Source: Moniliella sp. 'wahieum' (lineage: Eukaryota). From it: a stretch of DNA of 64,000 bases. Positions 1 to 13,104 of this stretch are shown here, in pieces. Under the pieces are notes generated by a model. It was given only the letters and a program-made list of their open reading frames with translations. It ran no database searches and was not told where the DNA came from. The translations under genes were made by a program, and so were the position numbers. The stretch's first letter is position 1. Each line of letters opens with the position of its first letter. The stretch covers positions 1 to 64,000 of the forward strand of contig RSEE01000092.1 of NCBI GenBank assembly GCA_003971905.1, read 5' to 3'.

Positions 1-33
1 CCCTAACCCTAACCCTAACCCTAACCCTAACCC
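1..33 (+). repeat. Telomeric repeat (CCCTAA)n, left chromosome end
   Basis: Window begins with 5.5 copies of CCCTAA, the complement of the TTAGGG telomere repeat. Confidence 0.97.
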
Positions 34-1084
34 TGTTTTCAACAGGGTGTGGGGCTACGTGCGATATGGGGATTCCCTGGAGGGTCATTCATGTTTGCCA
101 CTGCCTTCAAACGCCGGCGAAAGGAATGCTTGATGTTCGATTACTGCCTATCTGGCCTTCTACTTTTATGCCATCTCTTCCAAGAGGCAACGCCCCTAGT
201 CTAAGTGGAATTTCCTTAGGGGTTGGTATAGTAGTGAGACATAGCTTTCGATGCAAATCTCAGTGCTTCATCCCGTGAGGCCCCATCTTCCTTGAGCCAG
301 CTGCGAATCCTGGCAGTCGTCTGCCTGTCATTATGTATGGCAATGCTGCTAACATCTTTGTTCTCTTTGTGGCCCTGATCCTGTTTGCGTGCAGCACCAT
401 GTGCATGCCTCAAGAAGGTGGCCCGACATCCCCCCGCCACTCCCAACAATGCGATTAGTTACCGAGATGTATGGGCGGTACCTCTGCAGTACTTGGTGCG
501 CACATGCGATTCGATGAAGCTTACTACTAGCCGAACGGTCGTGCCCAAGTACTAGACGTGTTCATGCACATTCACGATATCCTGAGCGACGTTAGCGCCG
601 CTATACTTACTAAATAATCACCCTGCCACTAGCTGCAGAGACTGTCTCTCCGCACCAGATTAAAGGAAGCTGAGCCCGCATGTCGTAGACATCTCATCCA
701 AACACGCAGTGTCAGTCCCGTTAGACTAGCGAGAGAGAGCCAGAAGGAACCTTCATGCCGCCGGATACTTTGGATACTTCAGTAGCGCTTGCTCTTCTTT
801 AGGACTCCGTCTGATTCTGCCAACTGCAGCGCGGCGAGTTTGGTGCCACTGCCGGTCACAGCGTTACCGGTCACCCGGAGCGCCTGGACCCTTTTCAACT
901 GGTCCGACGACCTACGTACGCGGCTCCTACCTCGGAGGGTCTAAGCTGCGGCCTTTGCACGCAGGCAACCACTCAAACCAGAGTGGCTCTCCCTCGCTCT
1001 ATACCCGCTCGGTTCAATCAGGATCTGGGGCAGGATCTAACGTACGAGACTCCGATTGGCCTGTCCAAGGGTTTATACCCTAAA

Positions 1085-3790
1085 CTACAGGGGTGGGTCC
1101 CACCTTGGAACTCCCCCGTGACAGTTTCCTTGCGGAACGGCAACATCTTCCCGCATTTCGTCTTCATATACGATTGGGCCAGGGGTATTGCTAAGTTCGA
1201 CCATCGAACGCCAGCCCAGGCCATATTTCCTCCACAACATTCGAGCGGCCATCTCGGAATTGAAAAAGTTCTCCCTGTTCGCGCGCACCCTGCCCTCTTG
1301 CCCGGATTCCTTCCAGGTGAACCTTCCTCGCTTGTTTCCGGAACGTCCGCCACGACGCATGGTTTTTGTGAGAGCACACCTCTGGATCTGGGAGATCTCC
1401 CATTGGACTAGTGGAAGGTGCTGCCGCGGCGGGGCCGGGACGTCATAATCCACCTCGTCAAGCGGAAGACTGAGACGAGGAAGGCAACGGTCAGGGGTAG
1501 GGGGAGAGTTACCCACTGCCTCTGGCTGGTTGAGGTTCTCTGCAGGCGTTTCGGTCACCTCGCCCGTCACACCAAGAGCGTTAGGTGCGGTATGGGAAGC
1601 GGATGCGTTCGCAGAACCAGAAGTACCCCATGCAGACACTACTGCACTTGCTTGTGTCGAGGCGCGAAGGGTGCGATTCAGCTCCTCCCACCACCCGCTC
1701 GGTGGCGAAGACGGCGACGAGCACCCGTCCACAGGCTCGCTGGTCAGGTCGATCCTGTCGGTAGCAACATGAGTGTGGACGACTGTAGGGAAAGTACTGG
1801 GGGAAGCAGTAGGGGAAGCGGAAGCAGAACTAGAAGTGGAAGTAGAAGTAGAAGTGGATTGATCAGCTGAAACCCAAATAGGAGAAAGAGGTCCCGCACT
1901 CGCTTGCGTTGTGACGGGTGCCGGTGCCGGGGGGGGGGACGCGCGGAGCGCGGGGGGCTGGGAGGTTGTGGGTAGCGCCACAGACGAACTGGAAGCGGGC
2001 GCGAACGTCCCCTCGTTCCTCCTTTCGCCTTGCACGCCCGCATCCACATTCACTTCCTCCTCCTGTTGCGCTTGCTCTTGCGCTTGCTCTTGCACGCACA
2101 CCCGCCTGCGCTTGATCAGGAAGCGCCGAGCGCCCAGCGGCACCACGCGAAAGGAGGTGCTACCCCCGCCGAGCGAGAGTCCTGCGCAGCGTCCTTCTGG
2201 GCCGCGTCAGAATGCGTGACGAGTGCGCGGGCTTGGAGTGTGGCATACAGTACCCTGCACGCCGCGTGGTCGGCCTGGTCAGAAAAGAGGAAAACAGACG
2301 GTCAGGGCTCGAGTTTGGATTTGCAAACGGGTACGACACGGGGGCAGCGAGGAGGGTTAAGCGCACGCCGTAGCTCAAAGGAAAAAACGCACCCATGCGA
2401 ACCAGGAAACCTCGAGTCGACGCAACAGCTCCCCTGGCGCGAGCTGGCGCACTTCGTCTGTCGATAGACCCGCGACCAAGCTCCTGGCCAGCGTGACGAT
2501 ACAGTGGGGTACCCCCTTGCTTGCGACCGCTCGGTCAGGGCAAGAGTGCGCATGCCAGTGGACGACGAGGCGTAGACACCACTGGGTGGCTCGACTGGCA
2601 CCCCATGAGGGCAGATCGGGGGGCCTGGCAACCGGTTCAGGCACCATCAACAGCAAAAAGGGGCAGCCGGGCGTAACGCAAGTGAACGTGTACTGCAGGG
2701 GTGGCGAGGCGTTGGTGGTTTGCCGTGTCCGGTGCCAATTTGTACGAGCGCGAGGACGTGTCCGAGGGCTGGAGGCACCACAGCTTGCCGGGCTGGTGGA
2801 TGAAAAGCGTCGAGGCAACATAGGCCAAGACCGCTTCGTAACTGCCAAACCGGCGATCCGTGAGCCACGCAAAGCCTGGCGCCGGAGCCATAGGCTCGGT
2901 ACCGCGCTCGGACGCGGCGTGGGGCAGCGGGAGCGGCATCATCGCCGACTGCATGTCGGCGGCGACAGTACGCCGGTTCCGGGCGCTGCGGAGCACATTC
3001 GTTGCGCAGGTGTATGGATTCTGGAGACAGGAGCCGCACGGCCGGGGAGAAGAAGAAGGTCAGTGGGCGCGAATGGGGATGGAGGAGACACGCACGGTCC
3101 AGGTCAAGGGATGCTGTTGGAGCACGAGTGTGGGCGTCGTGTGCAGCAGCGAGTGGTCATCGAGGCGAGCGAGCGTGGCTAACACCTCCTCGCGCCAGCC
3201 CAGCGGGCGCCCCTGGCCAGTGTTGGCAGGCAGGGGCAGGCGTCGGCGTGGGGAGTGTAGGTGCGGATGGTCCACCCCGCGGGCGGAGGATCGTCGGTGG
3301 CGGCAGGGGTGGCGGGATAGGCGGCAGCGGCGATGTGCGGGAGGACGAGGAGGAGGAAGGGGCAGTCATGGATGCGGCAGGTAAAGGCGGTCTGGATGGG
3401 ACCAACGTGAGCAGAAGGCTGGTAGAAAGGGCCCAGGCCGGTGCGGGAATGCGTCGCGTGGCGCTTTGGCGGTGGCGTGGGTGCAGATGTGCTCGCTGGC
3501 GGCGTTGCGGGGCGCTCCGACACATCTGCCCACTCGCCCTTTCTGACGAGGCGGAGGTCGCCTCCGGCGCAGAAGACGACGCGGACGCCGGGGCCCACTC
3601 GAGGTTCAACTCGGCAAAGCCGGCCAGATGTGGGGGCGAAGAGCGCAGCCATGCAATCTTGTTGGCGGCAAACTGCTGCTGTACCACCCGCCCCACTGCC
3701 ATCTCCCTCGTCGGGTACACCGTCCCATCCGAAGTCCATGCCACCTCCATCGCCGCCGCCGTCGCCGTCGCCATCGCCATCGCCATCGGC
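1085..3790 (-). CDS. Subtelomeric hypothetical protein(s), frameshifted; contains a WRKY/MuDR-like C-x4-C...HxHxC motif, possibly transposon-derived
   Basis: Chain of minus-strand ORFs (3157-3843, 2637-2996, 2375-2872, 1085-2146) with low-complexity linkers; motif YTFTCVTPGCPF...W...HWHAHSC in 2375-2872. Confidence 0.4.
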
Positions 3791-4155
3791 AGGAACAAGC
3801 AGCGGCAGCGGACACGAGACAGCAAGCATCGCTCGGGATGCACGCGTCACGTGACGTGTGATACGGCGATCGCATCTCTACTTTCTATATGGGAGGGTGC
3901 AAAGAAAAGTGTGCAACCCTATTGCCCGCCGACCTGCACGTGACGGGTGGGTGGGCTGGCTAGCCAACGATCTTATAAGCCACCGGTGGGTGACGTGGCA
4001 ACACACTCGTCACTAGTGACGTCACGGCAATGACCTCGTGAGTCACTAGAGTCACTCGACCAGCCACGTGGTCCCTAGTGCTCGTCAGGGCTATGTTGCT
4101 CGGGTGCGTCCGTCTGTCGCCCGCTTGCTCTCCTTTGCCCCACCTACACCACCCC

Positions 4156-5527
4156 ATGGCGCTCACCTCGGCCCCCATCACCATCCATTCGGCAGAAGAG
4201 GTGGTACCGCCGAACCTTGTGCCAGGAGATGTGCACCCGCTCGGTCCGCTGGACTGGTACGCCTTCCCGCCGTCACCATCCCCCATCTCTACCTCTACTC
4301 GCGCATAGAGGTCACCCGGCTGCGCGAGGCCCTCTTGGAGCTGCTCAAGGCCTACCCGCATCTTTGCGGTCGCCTCTGTTCCGGTCCCTCGGGAAAACCC
4401 CAAGTCGATCTGACACACCTGGGAGGCGTTAAACTCTATCTTGCGTCCTCGCCTGACAAGCTGGTATTTGACCCCAGTGTCAACTTTGTCGATCAGCTCA
4501 CCCCGCAAAAGGGGGGTGATCTTCTTCCTCCCTTTGACGCGGTCCATATGGATATGGAAAAGCTGAAAGACGAACCAATTTTCTCCATCCAAGTCACTGA
4601 ATTTGCCAATGGCGTTGCTGCCCTCTCGGCGCGGATCCACCATATGGTTTGCGACTTCGGAGGGAGCATGCGGCTGCTCCGCAACCTTGCACGCCTCTAC
4701 CGCGGCGAAGCATTAGAAGTGCCATTGCTGAACTCTTTTATGGCCGACAAGAGCTTCACCCCCGAAGAACGGAAAGCAGCACTTGAATTTCGCCCCAGTG
4801 TGTATACCCTTGTACCGCCTGAGACGGGTGAATGTGCCTGCTCCGCCTAAGACCGAGGGGAGATTTTTCCGCATTACACCAACGGAGATTGCGGCCCTTA
4901 AACATGCCTGCGGACGGCCTGCAACAGGCGACAAATCTACGTTCTCTACATTTATCACGCTCTCTGCCGTTCTGTACTGCATCGTCTTCCGCGCTCGCCA
5001 GACTGTCGATCCAAAGCACCATGCCACGCATGCATTCACCTCCATGGATATGCGGCGCCCGGATCGACTTAATCTTGGCGAAAAATACTTTCCTAACGCC
5101 ATTCACCCCTTGCCTATGGAGTTTGATCCAGACCTGTTAGCCCATGGGACGTTGGCTCAAGTGGCACAGGCAGTCCACGACACGCTTCAGCGCCCCACAG
5201 GAGAGGAAATGAAGCGCACAGTCGAATGGCTCGCTGCTGCCCCCCGCTGGAATGAGGTACACTCCACCTACCCTTGGTCCAAACCAGGGGGGTTCATGAC
5301 GACGCATTGGTTGTACAGCGGGATGTACGACGGGATGGACTTGGAGCAAGAAGCGCCATTGGTGGCTTGCCCTCCATTTGAGGAGTACAACGTCCTGGAT
5401 GGCCTCGCTTTCTTCCTCTCGTCGTCAGCCAGGCTGTGTGGACATGAAAATGTCCCTGGCCCAGAACGTGTGGGCGGTGCTGGACAGCAAGGGTGGTTTG
5501 GTTCAGGCTGCTCTCCAGGCTCAGTAA
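4156..5527 (+). CDS. CoA-dependent acyltransferase (transferase/BAHD-like, HxxxD)
   Basis: LGPLD near the N-terminus, LREAL..LL..YP.L.GRL, IQVTEFANG...IHHMVCD (HxxxD), DMR.R...YF.NA; split across three or four frames. Confidence 0.85.
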
Positions 5528-6563
5528 CCGAACGGGCTGATGGATCTTACCGAGGGCTTCCGAAACGACATGCGGTAGTGTATGGCGCTCAACATCCTTG
5601 TTTCTGTCGTCTGGGAACCTGTTGTCATTGTGAGTCGTCCCCTCTCAACGTACCAAACTATCATTTGCACCATGCAGGCAGAGACGGGGAAAACGCTGGC
5701 ATATACACTCCCTCTAGCTCGCCGCTGACTGACGCTATGGCTGTAGCGGGCACCTACCAAAAGTAGAAGGTCACTAGTGTCGCCACCACGCAGCATCCCT
5801 CTTGGTTCCCATTACGCGTATTTATCGGATGTTGCGAGAAGTGGTCCACATGCAGTCGCCTCCGTGACGCTCTCGGCCATGATGCGCGCGATCCACCTCT
5901 ACCACTGATGAAATCGATTTACCCTCTCTCGCTTCAGGTGCTTCGGGCCCTCTTCAAGCTTCGCGCCCAGCACCCAGCTCAGTGGATGGAGTTGGCAGCG
6001 CATCTACATGTTGGTACATCTCATCGATTGTCGGTCATCGCCGTAGGTGGAGAGGCCCGTGCGGTGGGGATGTGTGGGGGTGCGGCTGGGTCCGAGGAGG
6101 AGGCGCTGGGAACGCGTGGCGCCTCTGCCACCCAGACACAGAGCACTGCTGGGCAGGACACAAGCGCCCTGCCAGAAGCATGAAGCCTGACGCTCTTTTT
6201 GACTCTTGAAGCTTGAAGCTTGAAGCTTGGAGCTGGAGTTGCCTTCGCCCATCGCCCATCGCCCATCGGCCGTCCCCCGTCAGAGATCATCGTTCAGAGC
6301 GGGCGGCTGAAGAACAGGGCTCAGAATGAGCAGCTGGCGGAGCACACAAGTTTTGCCCCTCGGATGCTGTGCTAATGTAACGCGGCTCCTATATGCGTTA
6401 ACGCCCTGAGGTTAGCCTGGGGCCTGATGGGGGCTACACATATAATAACCGGCGGCGGCCAACTCGCAAAACTCATCCGCGCTCCGTTGCCCCACCCCCG
6501 CCGCTTTTTTATCCCCTGCAGCTGGCACCAGCCCCCCCCCCGACCACCATCCTGCCACCAACA

Positions 6564-6892
6564 ATGACTGTCTATTGCTCCGACGTGTTGCTTGTGCTTG
6601 TGGCACTCATCTGCCCCCTGCGCCTGTGGCGTGGATTGCGGGCCTGTGCACGTGGGATGTGTTGATCAGCATTGTGCTCACCTTTCTCGGTGTGCTCCCG
6701 GGCCACCTGTGGGCGTTTTACTGCATCTACAAGTACATCCAGGCGCGCGAGGTGTATGGCCTGCAGGGCTTTGTGTATGTGGGCCAGGGTCGCTACGAAC
6801 CCATCCTGCCCACCACCATCTCCTCTGCCCCAGTTGCGCCCCCGCTGGTCCGCCTCGCCAGGTACGCCAATACCCGCCCCACCCTTCTGTGA
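6564..6892 (+). CDS. PMP3: Pmp3/UPF0057 family small membrane proteolipid
   Basis: MTVYCSDVLLVLVALICPP (frameshift) PVAWIAGLCTWDVLISIVLTFLGVLPGHLWAFYCI matches the Pmp3 pattern PP..V....C..D..I.I.LT.LG.LPG..A. Confidence 0.85.
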
Positions 6893-7582
6893 GAGTGAAC
6901 TCACAGCACTAACCACCAGACATCACAGTACGGCACGCTAGCGTAGCCAGCCAAGTCTTCGGTGTGGCGACTGACGCATAACGATTCAATTCTTCCCCTG
7001 CTTTCGTCTTTTTCCCACCACCCTTATCGGCGGTTAGCCTTTTGGAGTGCATGGATTTCGGCTCTGGACGACCAAGATGTGATGAAAAGACGCTGTGTTC
7101 ATACGACTGTTCATACTACGACTACCCTTTGGCCGCGACTGACGACATAGAATGAGGGCCTAGGGCATTCGGTCCCATGTAGCGCCACTGGATACACATA
7201 GCAGTAAGGCCAACAGAGGGCGTAGCAGAGTGGATATACATGAGAGCCTCTTTCCAAGCGTCACGCGTCACCGCGTCACCGCGTCACCGGTCACCGCGCG
7301 ACACCATAAAAAGGAGGCTTGGGAGGGGATGCATCATCGACATCATCCATCATCCATCACGACGCACACGAGCACACACTGCACGCGTGCGCGGCGTGCT
7401 TTAACGGTCAATCATTCAGCGCTAGGGTTATGGCGTGGCGCAAGAACAGGCGCTAGGGTTGCCCCTGCCGTCCTGTCCTGGCAGGCAGGCGAGGCGGCGG
7501 CGACGACCGACCAGTCAGCGTCCACGCACGCACCACCTTCTGCACCTCTTGCGTCGATCCAGCCCCCCGACCAAAAACCACC

Positions 7583-10500
7583 ATGGACGATGGCGTGGAA
7601 GAGAGGGATTTGGTCACGTTTGATTCGTCCGACGCCTTCTTCTCGCTCCTCGACCAATGCCTCCAGCTCGTTGTCCCCGCCTCTGCCTCCTCGGGCGGCA
7701 GCACTTCCCCTGTTGACCTGGGCGCGGTGCAGACGGGGGCGGACAAGCTGCTGAAGCAGATGCGCGACATGCTCGATCCCTATGCCGAGCAGGCACAGAC
7801 ATACCTCCTCGACCCGTACCTTGACCGCATGATTGCCCCCGTCTCGGCCGCGCTGCGGACATGTGTGCGGGCGGTGCACGCGGGCATGGGCCAGGGCGCG
7901 CAGCCAGGCGCACAGGCTGTGCTTGCGCTCAACACTCTCGGGTGCATCTTTTATCTCTACAGCCGAATCCGGGGCTACAAAACCATCAGTACGTGCCTTG
8001 TTGGATGCTTGGCTTCTTTGCACATACAGACCCACTGACCCCCTGCCCCCAGTCCACTTTTTCCCCCACGAGGTGGAAGACCTGCGGCCGCTGGTGGATG
8101 TGTTGGAAGCATCCTTGGCTACCCCCGATCTCGCAATTCTACCCGCTCCCCATCCGCCTCAAGAGCACGGCCGTGTTGTGCTGGTAATGGAATGGGAGGT
8201 GCGCTATACGCTTCTTCTCTGGCTCTCCCTCGTCTGTATGATCCCATTTGATCTGCGGCAGTTGACCGTCCCTCCCAGACAACCGTCGACCAAATCGCCC
8301 ACCTAGCACGCGCCTACATTGGCGTCCCCGGTATTGAGAGGGGCTTCTGTCGTTCTGGTGGGACGGTTGTACCAAAGGTACGTCCCCTCCTCTTCTCTCC
8401 CGCACTTCCTCCCTTCCTGTGCACCGTACTGATCCCATTCAGGCCCGAGACGCAAGATGCATTGCATTCTTTCCTCCACTGGTCGGCCACCACCCTTGGC
8501 CCAGAAGCAGGCGCGTCTATCTACCTTCAAACGGGCATCCTTTTCTCGCTTTGTGAGCTGCTCAAAGTACTTGAGCCTGGACGGGTGACACAGATGCTTT
8601 CGCTCTTCCAAACCGTCTTGGCTGTGGTTGAAGCTTCTCGGGAGGCTCACCAGGACACTGACCTGCATGCGAGCAATGCTCAGATCGCCAAAGGATACAC
8701 CAAGTTGATTGGCCGTTTGGCGTTGAAACAGCTGCCTCCCCGTCCGCGCAGAAAAAGGCATCTTCGACCTTTAGGTTCTGCGCCATCTGAGAGGAAATGG
8801 GCCTCAGAGGAGAAGTCAGAGGAGGAGGAGGAGGCAGACGTCCCTGAAGCGGTGGAGGGGTATCTGGGCGAACTATTGGAGAGTTTGGCGCATGAGAGCT
8901 CCCAAGTGCGCTACTCGGCGGCAAAGGGGGTGGCGCGGATTAGCGAGCGGCTGCCGTCTGCCTTTGTCGCTCAAATCCTCGACTCCATCTTGGCCCTCTT
9001 CTCGGACAACTCGCTGCGTCTTCCTGATGGATCTATTGATCTCAATGCTGCGTCCGAGGCGAGCTGGCAAGGGGCCTGTCTTGCTCTTGCTGAGTTGGCG
9101 CGGAGGGACCTGCTCGCCGCGGCTGCTGCGGGGTCCGGGGATGAAGATGCTGTGACGTGGGTGCAGCGAGCATTGAAGTTTGACGTTCGCCGTGGTGGGC
9201 GCGGGGTGGGGACAGCGGTGCGGGATGGGGCGTGCTACGTGTTCTGGGCCTTGGCACGGGCGCATGACATGCAAAGCATTGCCCCTCATGCCGCTGGGCC
9301 CGACGGGATCGCAGCCAGTCTGGTGTGCGTTGCCTGCTGCGATCGCGAGGTCTCCATTCGTCGTGCGGCCAGTGCAGCGTTCCAAGAAGGAGCGGGCCGC
9401 CTCGACTTGTTCCCCCATGGACTTGACGTGATCCGCTTGGCCGACTTCTTTGCAGTGGGGGTGCGAAGGACCTGCTTCCTCTCTGTCCTTCCTGCCGTCG
9501 CACAGTTCGAGCCCTACCGATCTGCCCTTGTGGCCCATCTCCAGTCCATCACGTTGGCCCACTGGGACTCGGGGATGCGCGAGCTGGCTGCACAAGCGCT
9601 AGCCTTGGTGGTGCATGCCACCCCTTCTCTCCTTCCGGGGTGATGCTCGAAGTGAGCAAGGAGACCCGGGACCCACTCCTGCAACACGGTCGCCTCCTCG
9701 CCCTCACCTCCCTTGCCCCCTTGGCCCGGGAGCACCTTCCCCCCACGCAGCGAGCCGAGGTGCTCGAATGTGCGTTGCGGTGCCAACGACTTCTTACCCC
9801 CACCCCCAGCGGACACCAAATGTACGAAGCAGTCTGCCACCTTCTGGCCCAGAATTTGGACAAGGACGTGTACCGCTTCTTATGGCAAAAGGGCGAGTCT
9901 GGGCGCACCCTTCTCGCCCGGCTTACCAGCGTCAACACAGAGGCCCTGGTGCGGCCGGAAGCCGGTGTCCAATGGGCCTCGGTGGACGCATTAAGGGCGC
10001 TGACTGACGCTGCGACGTGCACGCCCGAATCGGATGTGGGCACTGCAAAAAGCCTGCTGCAGCAAGTCAAAAAGCGATGGCACACCATGGACGGCCCCCG
10101 AACAACAGGATGGAGCAAAGCCCTGGGCGCATTCACCTTTCCTCTGATGACCTGATGTGGGAGGAGGTGGACTTTCTACTGGACGTGCTGACACCCTCCT
10201 CGGCCGCCTACACTCAAGTTGTGGAAGCGCGAAGGGACGCATCAGGGTCAGTGGTGCAGGTGCTGCTGACCAACAAGGTGAAAGGTATGCCACCCCGCCC
10301 TCCCCATTCACTCGCGGACGGCAATGCTGACACATTTGCTAGCACCGCTTCCCGACACTGTTCTTGCGCGTCTGATCGAGACACTCCTCCAAGGCACAGA
10401 CGACTACAGTGTGGATCGGCGTGGTGACGTGGGCTCGTGGGTGCGCAGTGCGTCTATGGCCGCCTTGGGCAAACTCTACGGCCTGTGCGGGAGCGGCGCC

Positions 10501-11707
10501 GAGAGGTATGCAAGCAAGGTGGAAGGGGCGATGCTCAAGCAGATGGGCGAGCGCAACGATGGGGTCCGTGGCAAGGGAGCAAGGGCGTTGGTGGAGGTGG
10601 TGAGGTCGATGGCAGGACAAGTGGAGCGGTCGGGGGCGTTGGATGGCCTGGTGGAGGCGATTGAAGCGTGTGTACTGGACTGCCTCGGCGATGCGCACGA
10701 GACGACGTACTGACGGATGCTTAGGGCGCGGGTGGAGATGAGCGATGCAGCATGGCTGTTCCCGCGCATGGTGCCGCTGCTCTCGGATGCGGCGCTGGGG
10801 GGCGCTGTGCTGCAGGGCCTCCTCGTCTCGGTGGGGCAAGCAAAAGACGCTTATGTGGGTGCTCGATCCGCACGCATGCAGCTGTGATACTGACGCCCTG
10901 CCCCTCTTCCCTCTTCCTCTTCCCCACCAGAACAACGAGGCCGTCGGCAGCATCCAGCACTGGATCCAATCCAGCCCCGAGCGGCTGCGGACCCTGCTGG
11001 ATCTCGTCCAGGCCACGGCCCAGACGAGCCTCGCCAAGAACAAGATCATGGTGCCTGTCCTGCGCTTGAGCTCGGCCGTGCTGCGGGCGAGCTCGACAGA
11101 CCGCCCGGACGGCCTGGACGGCGTGTATGTCCCCCCCCCCCCTTCCCTGATGACGCGCATGTGGCTGACCATGGACCGTTGATCCCGCCCAGGTTGGAGC
11201 AACTAGGCAAAACCGCGCTCCGAGCCTTGCCCAAAGTCCGCAACGTAACCCGGCTCGACGCCTCACGCGATTTGTACGTCCCTTCCTCCTTCTTCCTAGC
11301 GAGTTGACCCCTCCCCTCCCCCAACCCCTAGCTGCATCGCCCTTTTGTGTGCGAGCAAAAAGCCACTCCGCGCTCATCCACCATCTGGCCTGGTTCCTGG
11401 CTCATCCCGATCCCAGTGTACGCCTCTCTCACTCCCCTACCTTCTGTGGACCAGAACGAAAAAAAAACTAACACCCCTCAACCCTCCTTGTGCTCAGATA
11501 CGTGTGAGCACGAGCGAGGCCCTTACACTTTCGCTGGATGACCTACTAGACGCCCACCTGGACGAAGCAAATCCGGATGGGCAAGAGCAAGCACGAGATG
11601 AGTGCGAAGACCTGCTGCTCTCGACAGTGTGGACTTCCTTGCCGGACGCTCAGTCGGCCGCGGCGCGTGTGAAGACCTGTCTCCAGGCTATACTCTCGCC
11701 TACGTGA
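7583..11707 (+). CDS. TBCD: Tubulin-specific chaperone D (cofactor D), multi-exon
   Basis: LDPY.EQ...LLDPYL, RIRGYKTI, WEVRYTLLLWLSLVCMIPFDL, VRYSAAKGVARI, ACCDREVSIRRAASAAFQE, DDYSVDRRGDVGSWVR; several GT..AG introns. Confidence 0.95.
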
Positions 11708-12045
11708 TCGCACCTTGCATGCCATTTGCCCTCCAATCCATGGCTAGCATCCTAAAGCCTATCATGTTAATCCACGAACACTGGTGATGAGCATCCATAT
11801 CGCATAGCACGATCTCATGGTGCAGTCGCCTGAAACAGCCATCTCGCGACGCACCTCCGTTCGTCGAACTGTGCGGGATAAATCAAAACAGGATGAAAGT
11901 TGTGTAAGGTAGAAATGAGGGAGGAAAACGAAAAAGTGGGTAGCAAAACAATCAACATTATTCAGATCAGAGAAAGTAGTCCGGCACCCGCCGTGAAACA
12001 AGTGACTCTCCCGCCCGAGGTGCCGGGTCAAACTGCAAAAAGGTA
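11483..12045. repeat. Direct repeat copy 1 (TBCD last exon, intergenic, PP2A 3' end)
   Basis: Near-identical to 15257-16058; contains an orphan copy of the PP2A C-terminal codons (..VPDYFL*) on the minus strand. Confidence 0.95.
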
Positions 12046-12052
12046 GTAGCCC

Positions 12053-13104
12053 TCACGCGCAGCTCTTGAGGACGTTGATAAACTCCTGAAACCCGGGCGC
12101 AGTGGGACTCGTCAAAACATTGTCATGACCGTGGTTTGTATCGATGAAGAGCGAGTTCGACAAGCCAGCAATGTTGGCGAAAGTAGTGATGTCCCCTCGC
12201 AACACCTCTAGTCCACCCGCCGAGACAAAGACTTTGTCGGATGAGGGAAGAACGGCAGACCAATCGATGGTGTCCTTGAACGGATTTTGCAACGGGGCTT
12301 GGACTGCCTCCACATCGGGGAGATAAAGGAGGGCTGCCTCGCGGAGGTACTTTGCGGTGATGATATCAGAATTGTTGTTGCTCGCCAGGTGCCGTTGGTT
12401 TCGGTCGGATACAAGTTGACCCACGGGCTCACAAGACCAACGCACGACGGTTTGGCTGTAATGGATGGGGCAACGAGAGAGGATGTGCCAAGGTGCGGGC
12501 CACCTCAAGGGCAAGATGGCCCCTGCTGAGTCACCAGCGAGGATAATGTTGCTGCTCGATTCGGAAAGACGGTTATAAAACCTCGGCCGCTTGCTGGAGC
12601 TGCGTGGGGAAGGTATAGTCCGGAGCGACGTTGTAGTCAAGCCACAGGATGGATAGACGGTCGTTCGAAAGCTTGATAAATGTTTTGCATCGAGATTGCG
12701 ATTGTCGGCAGCATACCAGTCACGTATGCCCCACCGTGGAGATAGAAGAGCACCGGGTCGTCTTGCGTGCGGTTCTCAGCCTCAGTGAACAGCTCACACG
12801 GTCGGAACTCACGTAAGTGAGATCCGTGGCGAACACAGCATTCTTGTTAGGCATTGCGTCGGTGGCAAATGCCTCGCATTGCTCCAGGGTAAACGGCGGG
12901 ATCAGGCGGGAAGCTTCAGAGGGGGAAACGTTGTTCTCCAACGCCGAAGCAAAGAATCCCAGAATGCGAGACTCGATTTGGCACCGGATCGAACGGGCTG
13001 ACGGTGGGGAAGGTCAGGCGCTTGGCCATCTTGCCAAACGTGGGGAACGCCTGGACAGCGACTCCACCAGCGGAAAGAGTGAAAGCAATGTTTGCGAGCT
13101 TCAT
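12053..13104 (-). CDS. Secreted alpha/beta hydrolase (Say1/Mug180 steryl acetyl hydrolase or HSL-like lipase)
   Basis: Signal-like [35 protein letters not shown] (GxSxG); [20 protein letters not shown]; frameshifted. Confidence 0.85.
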
